From Octopus vulgaris (lineage: Eukaryota): 64,000 bases of DNA. Location: contig OX597826.1 of the NCBI GenBank assembly GCA_951406725.2, forward strand, positions 75,516,001 to 75,580,000. Reading direction: 5' to 3'. The stretch's first letter is position 1. Each line of letters begins with the position of its first letter. The notes beneath the pieces are model-generated. The model did not search any database. It had not been told where the DNA came from and saw only the letters and a program-made list of their open reading frames with translations. Positions 12,304 to 24,049 of the stretch are shown piece by piece. Both the position numbers and the translations under genes were made by a program.

Positions 12304-14933
12304 CGTGAAGAAATGAATTACAAAAATTTCGTTAGCCGGAATCTATATAAATATAGAAAGTGGACGACTTTATCTACATTGGTACCCCTAACCCAATTGG
12401 TTTATTTCTTTTCATTGCCGTACATTTTAATCATTACAATATTCCACTAAACTTCGTATTTCTTCTGCCATATGGAATTTTCGGTCTTGAAAATTCACAA
12501 TTCCTATTCTCACTGCATAAATAATCATTAAATGCTGTAAACTGTGGAATTGATTTTTGCAAAGATTTAACGTTAATTAGAAAACTAAAATTTATCTTCA
12601 GCATCTACTGAAATTTCCGTTTATTGAAATCACGATTTTATAAGACTTAGGGGGCGTATATATTTAAGGAATAAAGATTTTAAAAAAATAAACAAACAAA
12701 CAAAAAACGAGTTACAACTCCTTACCTCAGAGACAATAGATGACAGATGGTCAGAGTAGAACTTTCGACCATTATTACACGGTTCCTTTGTAGAATTACT
12801 GGTGGGAAGGATATAAAATCCTTCTTTAGTATCCAGGTTATACACAGAGCATTTCTCTTCTTCGACAGCTGCCTTGTTTAAGAATTCATCCAAGGTGATG
12901 TTTGGTGGAATCAAAGATTCATTGAAATTTGAAGGATAACAAGCAAACGGAACACTTTCTCTTATAAATACCATCGTTAAAAGAGCTTGAGCGTGACATG
13001 TTACAAAGATTACAACATAAATAGTAAGTATCTTTTGAAATAAACTATATCCACCACATTTCTTCAGTATTTCTTCTGTAATTTCAGATACTGACAAATC
13101 TAAAATTGAAACCAAAGCAAACATTGTTTCGTTAATAAATTTCTAATGAATCGTTTTCATTTAAATTTTTGGGATCGATAAAATAAATATCTGATGAGCA
13201 TTGGGTTTGATGTAATCGATAGCCCCCAACATCAAATTTCAGACTTTGTGCCTATAGTAGAAAAGGTACTAATTACTAATTAATAAGGCGGCGAGCTGGC
13301 AGAAACGTTAGCACGCCGGGCAAAATGCATAGCGGTATTTCGCCTGTCTTTACGTTCTGAGTCCAAATTTCACTGAGGTCGACTTTACCTTTCATCCTTT
13401 CGCGGTCGATAAATTAAGTACCAGTTACGCATTGAGGTCGATGTAATCGACTTAATCCCTTTGTCTGTCCGTGTTTGACCCCTCCATGTTTAAATCCTTG
13501 TGAGCAATAAAGAAATAAGAAACGTCAGCACGCCGGACGAAATGCTTAGCGGTATTTCGTTAGTCTTTACGTTCTGAATCCAAATTCCGCCATAGTCGAC
13601 TTTACCTTTCATGCTTTCGGAGTCGATAAATTAAGTACCAGTTCCGTACTGAGGTCGATCTAATTTACTGGCCCCCACCTCTCCAAAAATTCAAAGAAAT
13701 ACTAGCCCACTATGGAGCTCATAAGCTTATTAAATATTATTATCAACATAATCTCCGGTATTTACATAACTTATTCTGACGCAGTTTAAAAGCTTTTTTT
13801 TTTAAGTTGCATTCTTAATATTTCTTCTGCGAGTTCATATATTAACTAATCTAAAATTTTACATGAAACAAAATATATTCTGATAATTAATTTTTAAGAA
13901 ATCTTAGTATGTGTTGTCACTGATAATCTCTGTTGTTCAAATATATTTTGTAAACATTTACGTTGGATTATTCAAAACATTTAAAGGGTTGACAACTTGA
14001 AATGTGTAAAATGACAAGTAAATAAGTACACAAACATATATTTTTATTTTCCCTCCCTGTTTATTTCTGCGTTCCTTCCTGTGGAAGAGCGTATGACCGA
14101 AACATAAAATACTTTCTCATTTCCCGTGCATTAAACTAATACATCTGTTTGTTGTTTACCCACCTGTATTCGTCGTACATTTGTAAATTCCAATTATATA
14201 TATATATGCCGTAAATCCTCGAGTATAGTCCGCCCTTGAGTATAATACGCAGGGGATTTTTAGGGAGCTGTACCTCTGAAAAAATCTGAAAGAAGCGGCC
14301 CAGGATAGAACTGAATGGAGGACACTGATCCATCGAGTAACCGAGAGTCGACTTCGACTGAGCGGATAGCTAGAGATAGACCTCTGAAAAACCTAAACCT
14401 TGTGCATAATACGCACCCTTTCTCTAACTTGAGTCAAGGAGGTCTATATAACGACCTTGGTTTGTGAAAATGTATACGGTAACGTCCTTTATTATTATTG
14501 TATACATAACATAATGCAGACGTGTAGCACAATTCGTGCATAATTAAGCCAGCAGCACCTGGTCGAACAAACACTTCCGCGCATGCGTAATACAATAATA
14601 GTGATGTTCTTAACTGTTATATGGGAACGTAAATATGTTTGCAAATTGTTTTTGTTACGTTATTCTGTGTTCTGAATACTTTTATTTTGATAAATGTTGC
14701 TAACTGCAAATTATGGATGATTCTTTTATGACTTCATTGCTTTCAGGTTTAGCTGAAGGTGTTTTCGCGCCCGACATCACTAAATGCGTATGAATAAACA
14801 TTGCCGGACAGCAAATAGAGACTCGGACATTGCTTAGAAAATAGTTTTAATTTTTAACCTCGTATATAGTACGCACAAGGGATTTTGACCTTTAAATTTT
14901 TGGGAAAAAAATGCGGATTATACTCGAGGATTT

Positions 14934-14968
<35 letters not shown>

Positions 14969-15203
14969 GTTAATCCAAACATGAAAACACAAAGAGAAAA
15001 CATAACAACGCGAGGACGTGGAACAAGTATAATGTTTTGGGACGCTCAGACAAGGAGAGAAAGAAGGAGGATTTAACGTTTCTTGCGGAGCTCTTCGTCA
15101 GAAACATAGGAAAAGGAAAGATCCAAGGAAGGGAAGATGGAGAAGAAAATCGCCAACGATACACACGCGGTCACATATAGATGGAAACTGAAAGAAGTCC
15201 GTC

Positions 15204-15256
<53 letters not shown>

Positions 15257-15302
15257 TATATATATATGTGTCTGTGTGTATACATACATACACAAATATC
15301 TA

Positions 15303-15341
<39 letters not shown>

Positions 15342-16493
15342 ATATACACACATATATATATGTATACATATGTGTTTTTGTATGCATATAACTGATAGTG
15401 AGGGTAGTATATTCGTGTATATATATATAACTATATACATATTTTAAATTTGTTTACAGGAAACGTTTTGAATATGCAAATATAGCCCCTACTCCTTTAT
15501 GTTGGCTACAGTCCTATGATGGTGATTGGTCAACCAGTTTGGTGGGTGGAGTTGCACCAAGCTGTAGTGATATAATGTAGGATAAATATAGTAGTAATAA
15601 CAATAGTCCTGCGATGGAATTTTAAAATATCTTAATTCATCGCTACGCGCGATTCCACAAATACGTCTCTTAAGATGACAACCTTTATTCCTGGGATGAT
15701 TAGATGTGCTTCAAGTGGTATAGCATAAATGGATGTTTAACTGAGGGCTGGTTATCCTTTCTGACCAGTGAGGATAAACAACCTTCAGTTAAACTTTTAT
15801 TAATGCTATATCGCCCTAAGAAATGAATCCTTGAAGATGATCCACACTATGGATTACAAGATAATTATTGTTATTATTACTATACATATACATAGGCGCA
15901 GGAGTGGCTGTGTGGTAAGTATTATGTTTACCAACCACATGGTTGGGCAAGTGTCTTCTACTATAGCCTCGGGCCGACCAAAGCCAAGTGAATAGATTTG
16001 GTAGACGGAAACTGAAAGAAGCCCTTCGTATATATGTATATATATATATGCGTGTGTGTGTTTGTGTGTCTGTGTTTGTCCCCCTAGCATTGCTTGACAA
16101 CCGATGCTGGTGTGTTTACGTCCCCGTTACTTAGCGGTTCGGCAAAAGAAACCGATAGAACAAGTACTGGGTTTACAAAAGAATAAGTCCCGGTGTCGAG
16201 TTGCTCGATTAAAGGCGGTGCTCCAGCATGGCCGCAGTCAAATGACTGAAACAAGTAAAAAAGTAAAGAGTAATACTCCTACACACACGCGTGCATACAC
16301 ACATACACACACAAATACACGCACACATACACGCAGACATACACGTATATATGTATTTCTGTTCAAACACAGAAAACACGATGGCATTATAAAATGAAAA
16401 GAAGCGAAAATAAAAGATAATCTTCAGACCTTTGAATTCTTCAACATTTAAATCCTCGTGTAATTCCTTTAAAACGCTTGCTTCATTCTCCAT
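3749..16493 (-). CDS. SLC22-family transporter, paralog B, 3'-partial: exons 16430-16493, 12726-13099, 11707-11810, 7810-7964, 5107-5278, 3749-4024; remaining exons expected beyond the window start
   Basis: Same exon sizes and phases as paralog A (64/374/104/155/172; exon 6 is 276 vs 288 nt). Open frame throughout. Motifs FDLVC, SDAFGR, PESPRWL. Confidence 0.9.
5107..5278 (-). CDS. SLC22 paralog B exon 5
   Basis: 172 nt, [13 protein letters not shown]...FPKWQHLL...VALK. Confidence 0.9.
5392..5691 (-). mobile_element. tRNA-derived SINE (GTGGAGGC-head family, related copy)
   Basis: Reverse complement resembles the 43502 and 57261 copies; A/B-box-like head. Confidence 0.65.
7810..7964 (-). CDS. 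SLC22 paralog B exon 4
   Basis: 155 nt, [51 protein letters not shown]. Confidence 0.92.
9020..10300 (+). mobile_element. RTE-clade LINE reverse transcriptase fragment, decayed
   Basis: [43 protein letters not shown] motifs interrupted by stops and frameshifts. Confidence 0.85.
11707..11810 (-). CDS. SLC22 paralog B exon 3
   Basis: 104 nt, [35 protein letters not shown]. Confidence 0.92.
12726..13099 (-). CDS. SLC22 paralog B exon 2
   Basis: 374 nt, [14 protein letters not shown]...SSIVSE, GT-AG boundaries. Confidence 0.92.
13286..13700 (+). mobile_element. tRNA-derived SINE family 1 (GGCGGCGAGCTGGCAGAA head), tandem/partially duplicated
   Basis: Multi-copy in the window (e.g. 8563, 16612, 20951, 23609, 38746, 49220, 50908 on +; 11103, 31485, 35277, 52880, 54362, 54700, 55403 on -); GTTCAAATTC B-box-like motif. 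Confidence 0.8.
14209..14935. mobile_element. Non-autonomous Tc1/mariner-superfamily (Tc2/pogo-like) DNA transposon
   Basis: TIRs CCGTAAATCCTCGAGTATAGTCCGC / GCGGATTATACTCGAGGATTTAC; no ORF. Confidence 0.7.
15893..16272 (+). mobile_element. tRNA-derived CORE-like SINE family 2 (AGGCGCAGGAGTGGCTGTGTGGTAAG head, internal microsatellite, AAAGAGT tail)
   Basis: Related copies at 22903-23313(+), 33971-34461(-), 51385-51818(-), 59329-59729(-), 61124-61525(-), 4903-5064(-). Confidence 0.8.
16430..16493 (-). CDS. SLC22 paralog B coding exon 1 ([21 protein letters not shown])
   Basis: ATG at 16493, donor G|GTCTGA, homologous to 53258-53321; upstream acceptor ttttttcag at ~16528. Confidence 0.75.
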
Positions 16494-17004
16494 GTTACAC
16501 TCAGTGGGTGTCTCGTTGCAATCTCTACTGAAAAAAGGTCGCCTAATGACGTGATTATGAAAACAGACTGCTTCATACAATTACATTATGAAGCATAAAA
16601 AACGAAAAAAGCGATAAGCTGACAGAACCATCGGCACGTCGAGTTAAGTCGCTTATCCGCATTTCGTCCGTCCTTACGTTCTGAATTTAAAATTCTACCG
16701 AGGTCGAATTCACCTTTCATCCTTTCGGTATCGATAAAATAAGTACCAGTTGAACACTGGGATCAATGCAATCGACCATCCCCCTCCCCTGAATTTCAGG
16801 CCTTCTTTTCTTCTATATTAGAAAGGATTATGGGATTGCAAAATGATGATTTAATATTATTATACATTCTATAGCCACACGAATGGCTGCGTGGTTATGA
16901 AGCTCGCTTCGAACACACGGTTTCGGGTTCGGTATTTGTCTTCAACTGTAACCGCTTGTGAGTGAATTTGGTTTGGCGGAAACTGAGTGGATGCCCATTG
17001 TATA

Positions 17005-17968
17005 TCTATATATATAAAACTGTAGTTGTGTGAGTGTCTGTCCCCTTCGATTTAGATTCCTAACTCCTCCCACATTTTGCGGTGCAGTTTAACCAAATTC
17101 GGGTATCTTATAGTCGTGATTAATTTCGAGCCCGTCTGGCTATTAGCGCGCGTCTACGATGAGTCTACGATTTTAAAAATAATTTAACATCATTTTTTAT
17201 TCCATTTTAATGCATAATTTTTCGTGTGTCGATGGCGGCGGAGTTGGCGTCCACGCTCAAACACCTGCACCTGTGTTTGCTTCTCCCCCTTCTTCCCTCC
17301 TTCGTGAAGCTGTGGGGAAGGGAGTGTAAAGAAATCAACGTCGTAATGCGTTGTTAAGGAGACCAGCGTTCTTTTAGAACAACGACTTCATGGCTTGAAG
17401 ACACCAAAACAGAAAATGTCTACGATGAGTCAACGATTTAAAAAAAAAAATTACCATAATTTTTTTTCCATTTTTAATGCATTTTTTTGCTATCTTTTTG
17501 CTATAACTCTCTAAAAATACTTATATAGTTATTTCCCTTACAAACCCGAGCAACGCCGGGCGATACTGCTAGTCTTTATATATAAAAGTGAAGTTGTGTG
17601 TCTGTCTCCTACGATTTAGATTCCTAACTACTCCCACATTTTGCGGTGTAGTTTAACCAAAACCGGGTATCTTATAGTCGTGATTCATACCGAGCCCTTC
17701 TGGGTATTAGCGCGCGTCTACGATGAGTCTACGATTAAAAAAAAAATTACCATCATTTTTTTCATTTTAATGCATTTTTTCGCTATTATATAAGGGAAGT
17801 AACTCTCTAAAAATGTCTGCAATGAGTCAACGATTTAAAAAAGAATTTACCATAATTTTTTTTCCATTTTTAATGCATTTTTTTGCTATTTCTTGGCTAT
17901 AACTCTCTAAAAATGCTTATATAGTTATTTCCCTTACAAACCCGAGCAACGCCGGGCGATACTGCTAG
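17005..17968 (+). mobile_element. Head-to-tail dimer of non-autonomous Helitrons (17005-17572, 17573-17968)
   Basis: Each unit starts TC(T/A)TATATA.. and ends hairpin plus CTAG; junction CTAG|TC; inserted between A and T with no target-site duplication. Confidence 0.8.
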
Positions 17969-19119
17969 TAATCATATAAATGTATATGTATTTTTTCAAA
18001 GTTTACAAATAACACGAAATGAATAGTTACCAGATTAGCAAAAATTCACGTAAGTACCAAGGAAAGCAGGAAATCTTGAGAAACCCATCGCGACCATATT
18101 TCCGTGTGTAGAATTCACATGCAACATAATCTGCAACAATATTAGCTGACAACAAGCGAAACTTTCCCTGAGTTTCTGCAGACCCAGCCTCCACTTACCG
18201 CCCGATTTTGCATTGATTCCGAGACCTCCTTCCTTCAAGGCCTTGCACTCCTGTTCAACGTGCTCCTTAATTTAACCGATCCTGAGGCAGACCGTAAGGG
18301 ACGAAGCGAGCGGTTGAATTGCTAGGTGACCTTCTTGTCCTCTAGACTGCGACCAATTGGCACGACTGATCAATATTAATCATGTCCAGTACGATCGTTC
18401 ATTCATATCCTCAGTCAACACTCTCTCATCTGACTCTTGATTTGCTTGCAACCAAACTGTAATGAGAGTCTCAACACTGCTTTTTCTTTGCCCCATACGC
18501 TTCTGGACTAGACAGGCACACGCATCACACGCTATTAACACACACTCTTAACCGAGGTCTTCCCTTGTGTGAGCATTATAAATTATACTGCAGAATGGCT
18601 GTCGCTGCGTTTCGACTGTACACTCTCTGTTTTCGCTGCAGTACTCGTTGCTTCCCTGACCACGCCATTCTAAATAATGACATCAACAAGGAGCCGTGTC
18701 CTTACCAGTTTTCTGTCACAATTCGGATCGGCAAGACCAAGCAGCTGTGATAGAAGGAGGTCTAGTCAGGTTAAAACTCTTCAAGATCCAAGATTGCACG
18801 GCAAGTAACTCACCGCCAGGTCTTCTGACAGATTCTCATGTGATGTGCCCACAATGTCGAGAAGCGGTGAAATCGCTAAGCTCGAGTTACTGTCGAAAAG
18901 GTTTCTTTCTTCGCGGATGAGTGTTGTGGGTCGCAGCATCCTTGGTTTCTAGAATACCGCTCTTCTCTGTCAAATTACAAAGGATATGGTCATGGGTTTT
19001 TTCAGCTTCGCTTTTGCTACCCTCCTGTAATATTGAGTTTAGTTAAAACAAATTATTCATCAGGACATACATACTTTGTGTGTGTGTGTGTGTGTGTATT
19101 TGTGCCTATGATTATGTGT

Positions 19120-19285
19120 TCGTCTCTATGTGGTTATGTGTTCGTGAATATCTAATTGTGAGTTTATGCAACTTTTGAGACGTGTAACAGTTTCTTATGT
19201 TTATCTGCATTTGTGTCTGCGCATACATATTAATACATGCATACATATATACATACATAAACACACACATAATACATACATACAT

Positions 19286-19349
<64 letters not shown>

Positions 19350-19516
19350 CTCGTCTCTATGTGGTTATGTGTTCGTGAATATCTAATTGTGAGTTTATGC
19401 AACTTTTGAGACGTGTAACAGTTTCTTATGTTTATCTGCATTTGTGTCTGCGCATACATATTAATACATGCATACATATATACATACATAAACACACACA
19501 TAATACATACATACAT

Positions 19517-19581
<65 letters not shown>
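19120..19581. repeat. Near-exact tandem duplication with a 231-nt period
   Basis: TCGTCTCTATGTGGTTATGTGTTCGTG... starts at 19120 and again at 19351. Confidence 0.9.
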
Positions 19582-19584
<3 letters not shown>

Positions 19585-19597
19585 ATACATACATATA

Positions 19598-20454
19598 CAA
19601 GGTACGGTCAATATATTGTCTAAATTACGCAAAAATGAAAATAGCACCGACAGCTCATTTTTACAGATTTATTTACCAAATTTACATTTTAAAAAATGTT
19701 GAAATACTAATGATTAAATTTATTCAATAAAATCGCCATTGACTTCAACAACGGCCTCCAGACGACTTCGGAATCTTTTGCAACTCTTCTGGGCGGTCCC
19801 CTTGTTTAAGTTGGAGAATACCGACATAATCCTTGCCTTCAGTTCATCTTTGGTGTTACAACTGCGCCCCACATATAATAATGAAGGGGTTGCAGCGTGG
19901 GGAGTTAGGTAGCCAGATGTTAGGGGTGATGTGATCACAGAAATTGACTGACATCCATGACTGGGTTCTCCTGCTTCTCCTGGCACGTTGCAGAGTCCTG
20001 TTGCCAGACATAGGATCTTCCAGCAGCCACCATTTTCACCAGGAGCAGCACTACTTCCTCCAGGCTCTTGATGTAGGCCTCCGTGCTGAGTTTGAGGCCG
20101 TCTGGGAAGATGGATGGAGGCATGACATCGCCATCACTAGTGATCACTCCAAACACCATGATCTTGACTGGATGTTTGATCTTTATCACTCTCAGTACAT
20201 GTTCTCAGATTGCACTGTCCTCAGATTGAGACCCAAACACTTTGAAATATTCGTATCGGAGCTTGCGGCGCGAATGCAAGCTGTACAGTATGTCGTTTCC
20301 AATTTTCTGGCAGAGTGATTGGCGTCATGGTGCAGTTTTTCTCATAGATGGTGCCTAAGTGATCCTACTTTACTGTGTAGTCGAGAAAAGCAAACATAAA
20401 CTCTACGCTGAATTCAAAATATAAAATTGTGACAATTTACCCATCGCACCATGC
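19598..20454 (-). mobile_element. Tc1/mariner (probably maT/DD37D-type) deleted transposon
   Basis: KHPVKIMVFGVITSDGDVMPP...YVWQQDSA; homologous to 27102-27969; TIR-like ends. Confidence 0.78.
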
Positions 20455-20458
20455 ACAC

Positions 20459-20560
<102 letters not shown>

Positions 20561-21930
20561 CACACACACACACACACACACACACATGTATTGGTGAGTA
20601 GATAAACATGAACAGAAATAAAATTACTCACTTAAGAAAGGTATGACTAATTCTTTCACGAGACTGTTATCATGCATTAACACACAAGCTAATTATCTCA
20701 TGATACTCTGCATGTATCTACGTGTGTGTGAATCGTAATGTTTACTCGTATTTTTCTGATTGTAAAATTCGTGCTAGTTTACAAAAATCAACGTTATGCA
20801 CTCATTCTTAAATCTGTTGGTAACATACTTGTAATGGCAACACACATAGCACAAAAACAAAGATCTGTGGTTTCGAGTCCCATCCGTATGGAAACTCTTC
20901 TTCTTTTCCGTTGAGTGCTTATATGCCCCAGTGTTAGACTATAATACGATGACGAGCTGGAAAAATCGTTAGCCCGCCGGGCGAAATGCTTAGCGGTATT
21001 TCGTCCGTCTTTACGTTCTGAGTTCAAATTCCGCCGAGGTCGACTTTGCCTTTCATTCTTCCGAGGGTCAATTAAATAAGTAAGAGTTACGCACTGGGGT
21101 CGATGAAATCGACTTTAATCCTTTTGTTTGTCTCCCTCTATGTTTATCCCCCCCTCTCGTGGGTAAAAAAGAAATAAATATTAGAGTATTTTCGTTAATC
21201 ATTACACGGTGATCGCTTTTAAGCTTTAAGCCAATGAAATATTATCATCTAAAGAATTGTAACAATCGAAACTGCTTATCAAAACCCATCGCAAAAAACG
21301 TATATGTGTGTGTGTATGTGTGTGTGTGTAGTAAAAAGATTGATAAAAATATATCATATATAAAATCAAAGTTTAGATAGGAGGCATCAAAATACAGCAT
21401 TGAAGCCTTGTTTCAGCTAAGTCTCAGGTAGCGTGCCTGAAAAGCACGTTTACCGCTAATGGCTACCAGGTGTCATAAGATACGCTTTGCCTTCATCAGT
21501 GGAATACACGCAAAATAGTACATAAATACAAATATATATATATATATATATACAAAATATATATATATATATATATATACGACATACAAATACTTACATG
21601 TACGCAAGTATACACGCAAATATATACACGTGCGGGCAATTTAAACTGGTCGTGTGCATATGTGCATATATATGCGTGCATACGTGCGTATATGTAAGTA
21701 TGAGTATGTTGAATATATATATATATATACAGTTGCCATGATAGATCGTTAGCCACCACACACATTTTTTTCTCTCCTTGTTTCTCTTCTTGTTTTTTCT
21801 GTGTCCCTTTCTGTAGAAGAGCGTAGACTCGAAACGTAAAAGACTTTTTCTATTCCTGAGCGTTATACTAATACATCTGTTTGTTTTGTACACCACCTGT
21901 CTTCGTGTTTTGTTTTTTCGTAAAATCTCC

Positions 21931-22059
<129 letters not shown>

Positions 22060-22902
22060 TTTATTGAAAAGCAACAGAAATATCACAAAAGCTGTTACTC
22101 AAAGTTTCTCATTCCCGTTTGTCGGACAGTTTTGTTAGAATGGAACAGAAATGATGATATAATCAAACATAAAAATAGTTTAAATGATACACTTTTGAAA
22201 ATGGTCTTGTTTCATTGGTCCTTTCAACTAACGGACTTATGTATGCATAAGTATAAATTCATATTGTAGTAAAATCGAAGAAAATCTTAAGTCGATGGGC
22301 AGAGTCTAAATAAATATGGTAAATAATTATATACAAAATATAAATGAATTAATGCATTAACAGTTATATCCATTTAAAAATTGAAATTAAACATTAAAAA
22401 TTACATATTTTTCAGCAGTATATACCCATACTAAACCATCTATAGTATACATATATACACTAAAATATACATGTGCATGTACATAGTTAATAGGTGCGAC
22501 ATAAATATGTACACAAATACATCATATTTTTTTATTTTTTAAATTTTATCTAGTTTCAGCTCACGAGCTGTGGCCATGCTGGGGCACCGCATATGTACAC
22601 ACATACATCATATGTACGCACACATACACGCGCATAAAGTCTCTTGGTGTATACATATACAAGTCAGTTGTTACCGACTAAAAAGATGGGAAGTACATTA
22701 AGCGTAGGGAGGAGGGAGAGAAAAAGTAAAAATAAAAAAGAAAAAGAAACTGAAACAAAAAAACTAGCGAGAGAAGAGAGAAAGAGGTTGCTACGTAGAA
22801 ACGCGAAACCAGTATCGAGTAAGAAGAAAAAGAAAGGAGAGATGCTTCACGAATTGTGCTCAACGAACGCACTCATAAAATAAAATTACATATGTATATA
22901 CA

Positions 22903-23313
22903 CAGGAGTGGCCCTTGTAGTAAGTAGCTTGCTAACCAACCACATGGTTCCGGTTTCAGTCCCACTGCGTGGCATCATGGGCAAGTGTCTTCTGCTATAG
23001 CCCCGGGCCGACCAATGCCTTGTGAGTGGATTTGGTAGACGGAAACTGAAAGAAGCCTGTCGTATATATGTATATGTATATATATGTATGTGTGTGTTTG
23101 TGTGTCTGTGTTTGTCCCCCTAGCATTGCTTTACAACCGATGCTGGTGTGTTTACGTCCCCGTCATTTAGCGGTTCGACCGATAGAATATATACTGGGCT
23201 TACAAATAATAAGTCCCGGGGTCGATTTGCTCGACTAAAGGCGGTGCCGCAGTCAAATGACTAAAGGCATGGCCGCAGTCAAATGACTGAAACAAGTAAA
23301 AGAGTAAAGAGTA
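22903..23313 (+). mobile_element. SINE family 2 copy
   Basis: Matches 15893-16272. Confidence 0.8.
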
Positions 23314-23608
23314 ATAACTATACATATGAATACAAATACACATATGTGATTACGCATATAAATATACAAAAATATGTACGCAAATACATGCTCACATGAA
23401 TATAAGTATATACACGTATGCATATACAGCTATGTGCCTATGTTCATAAATATAAACATACACGTATACTTACACACGTACACACACATACATGTACACG
23501 TACGGACACATACACATACTCATGTACACCCACGATACATCCATACACACAAAAATAAATATACAGTGACACATCTATATCGTAATGTATATACGTATAC
23601 AAACAAAT

Positions 23609-23838
23609 AGGCGGCGAGCTGGCAGAAACGTTAGCACGCTGGGAGAAATGCGTAGCCGTATTTCGTCTGGCGTTACGTTCTGGGTTCAAATTTCGCCGAG
23701 GTCGACTTTGCCTTTCATCCTTTCGGGGTCGATAAATTAAGTACCAGTTGCGCACTGGAGTCGATATAATCGACTTAATCCGTTTATCTGTCCTTGTTTG
23801 TCCCCTCTGTGTTTAGCCCCTTGTGGGTAGTAAAGAAA
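23609..23838 (+). mobile_element. SINE family 1 full-length copy
   Basis: Matches 50908-51140. Confidence 0.8.
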
Positions 23839-24049
23839 TATATATATACAAATAATTTCAAAAGATGCCCGGTGTATGTAAAATCAAAATATGGATAAAA
23901 AGGCGTTTCAAAATGCAGCACTATATAAGGAATCATCTGCAAATTAAAAGTAAAGCTTAAATAGGTTTGTAAAATTCAATAAAGTAAAATAAAATGAAAT
24001 ATTATAAATATCAAAAAGTTTTAATAATAAAATTCTAGACAAAGCCTAA

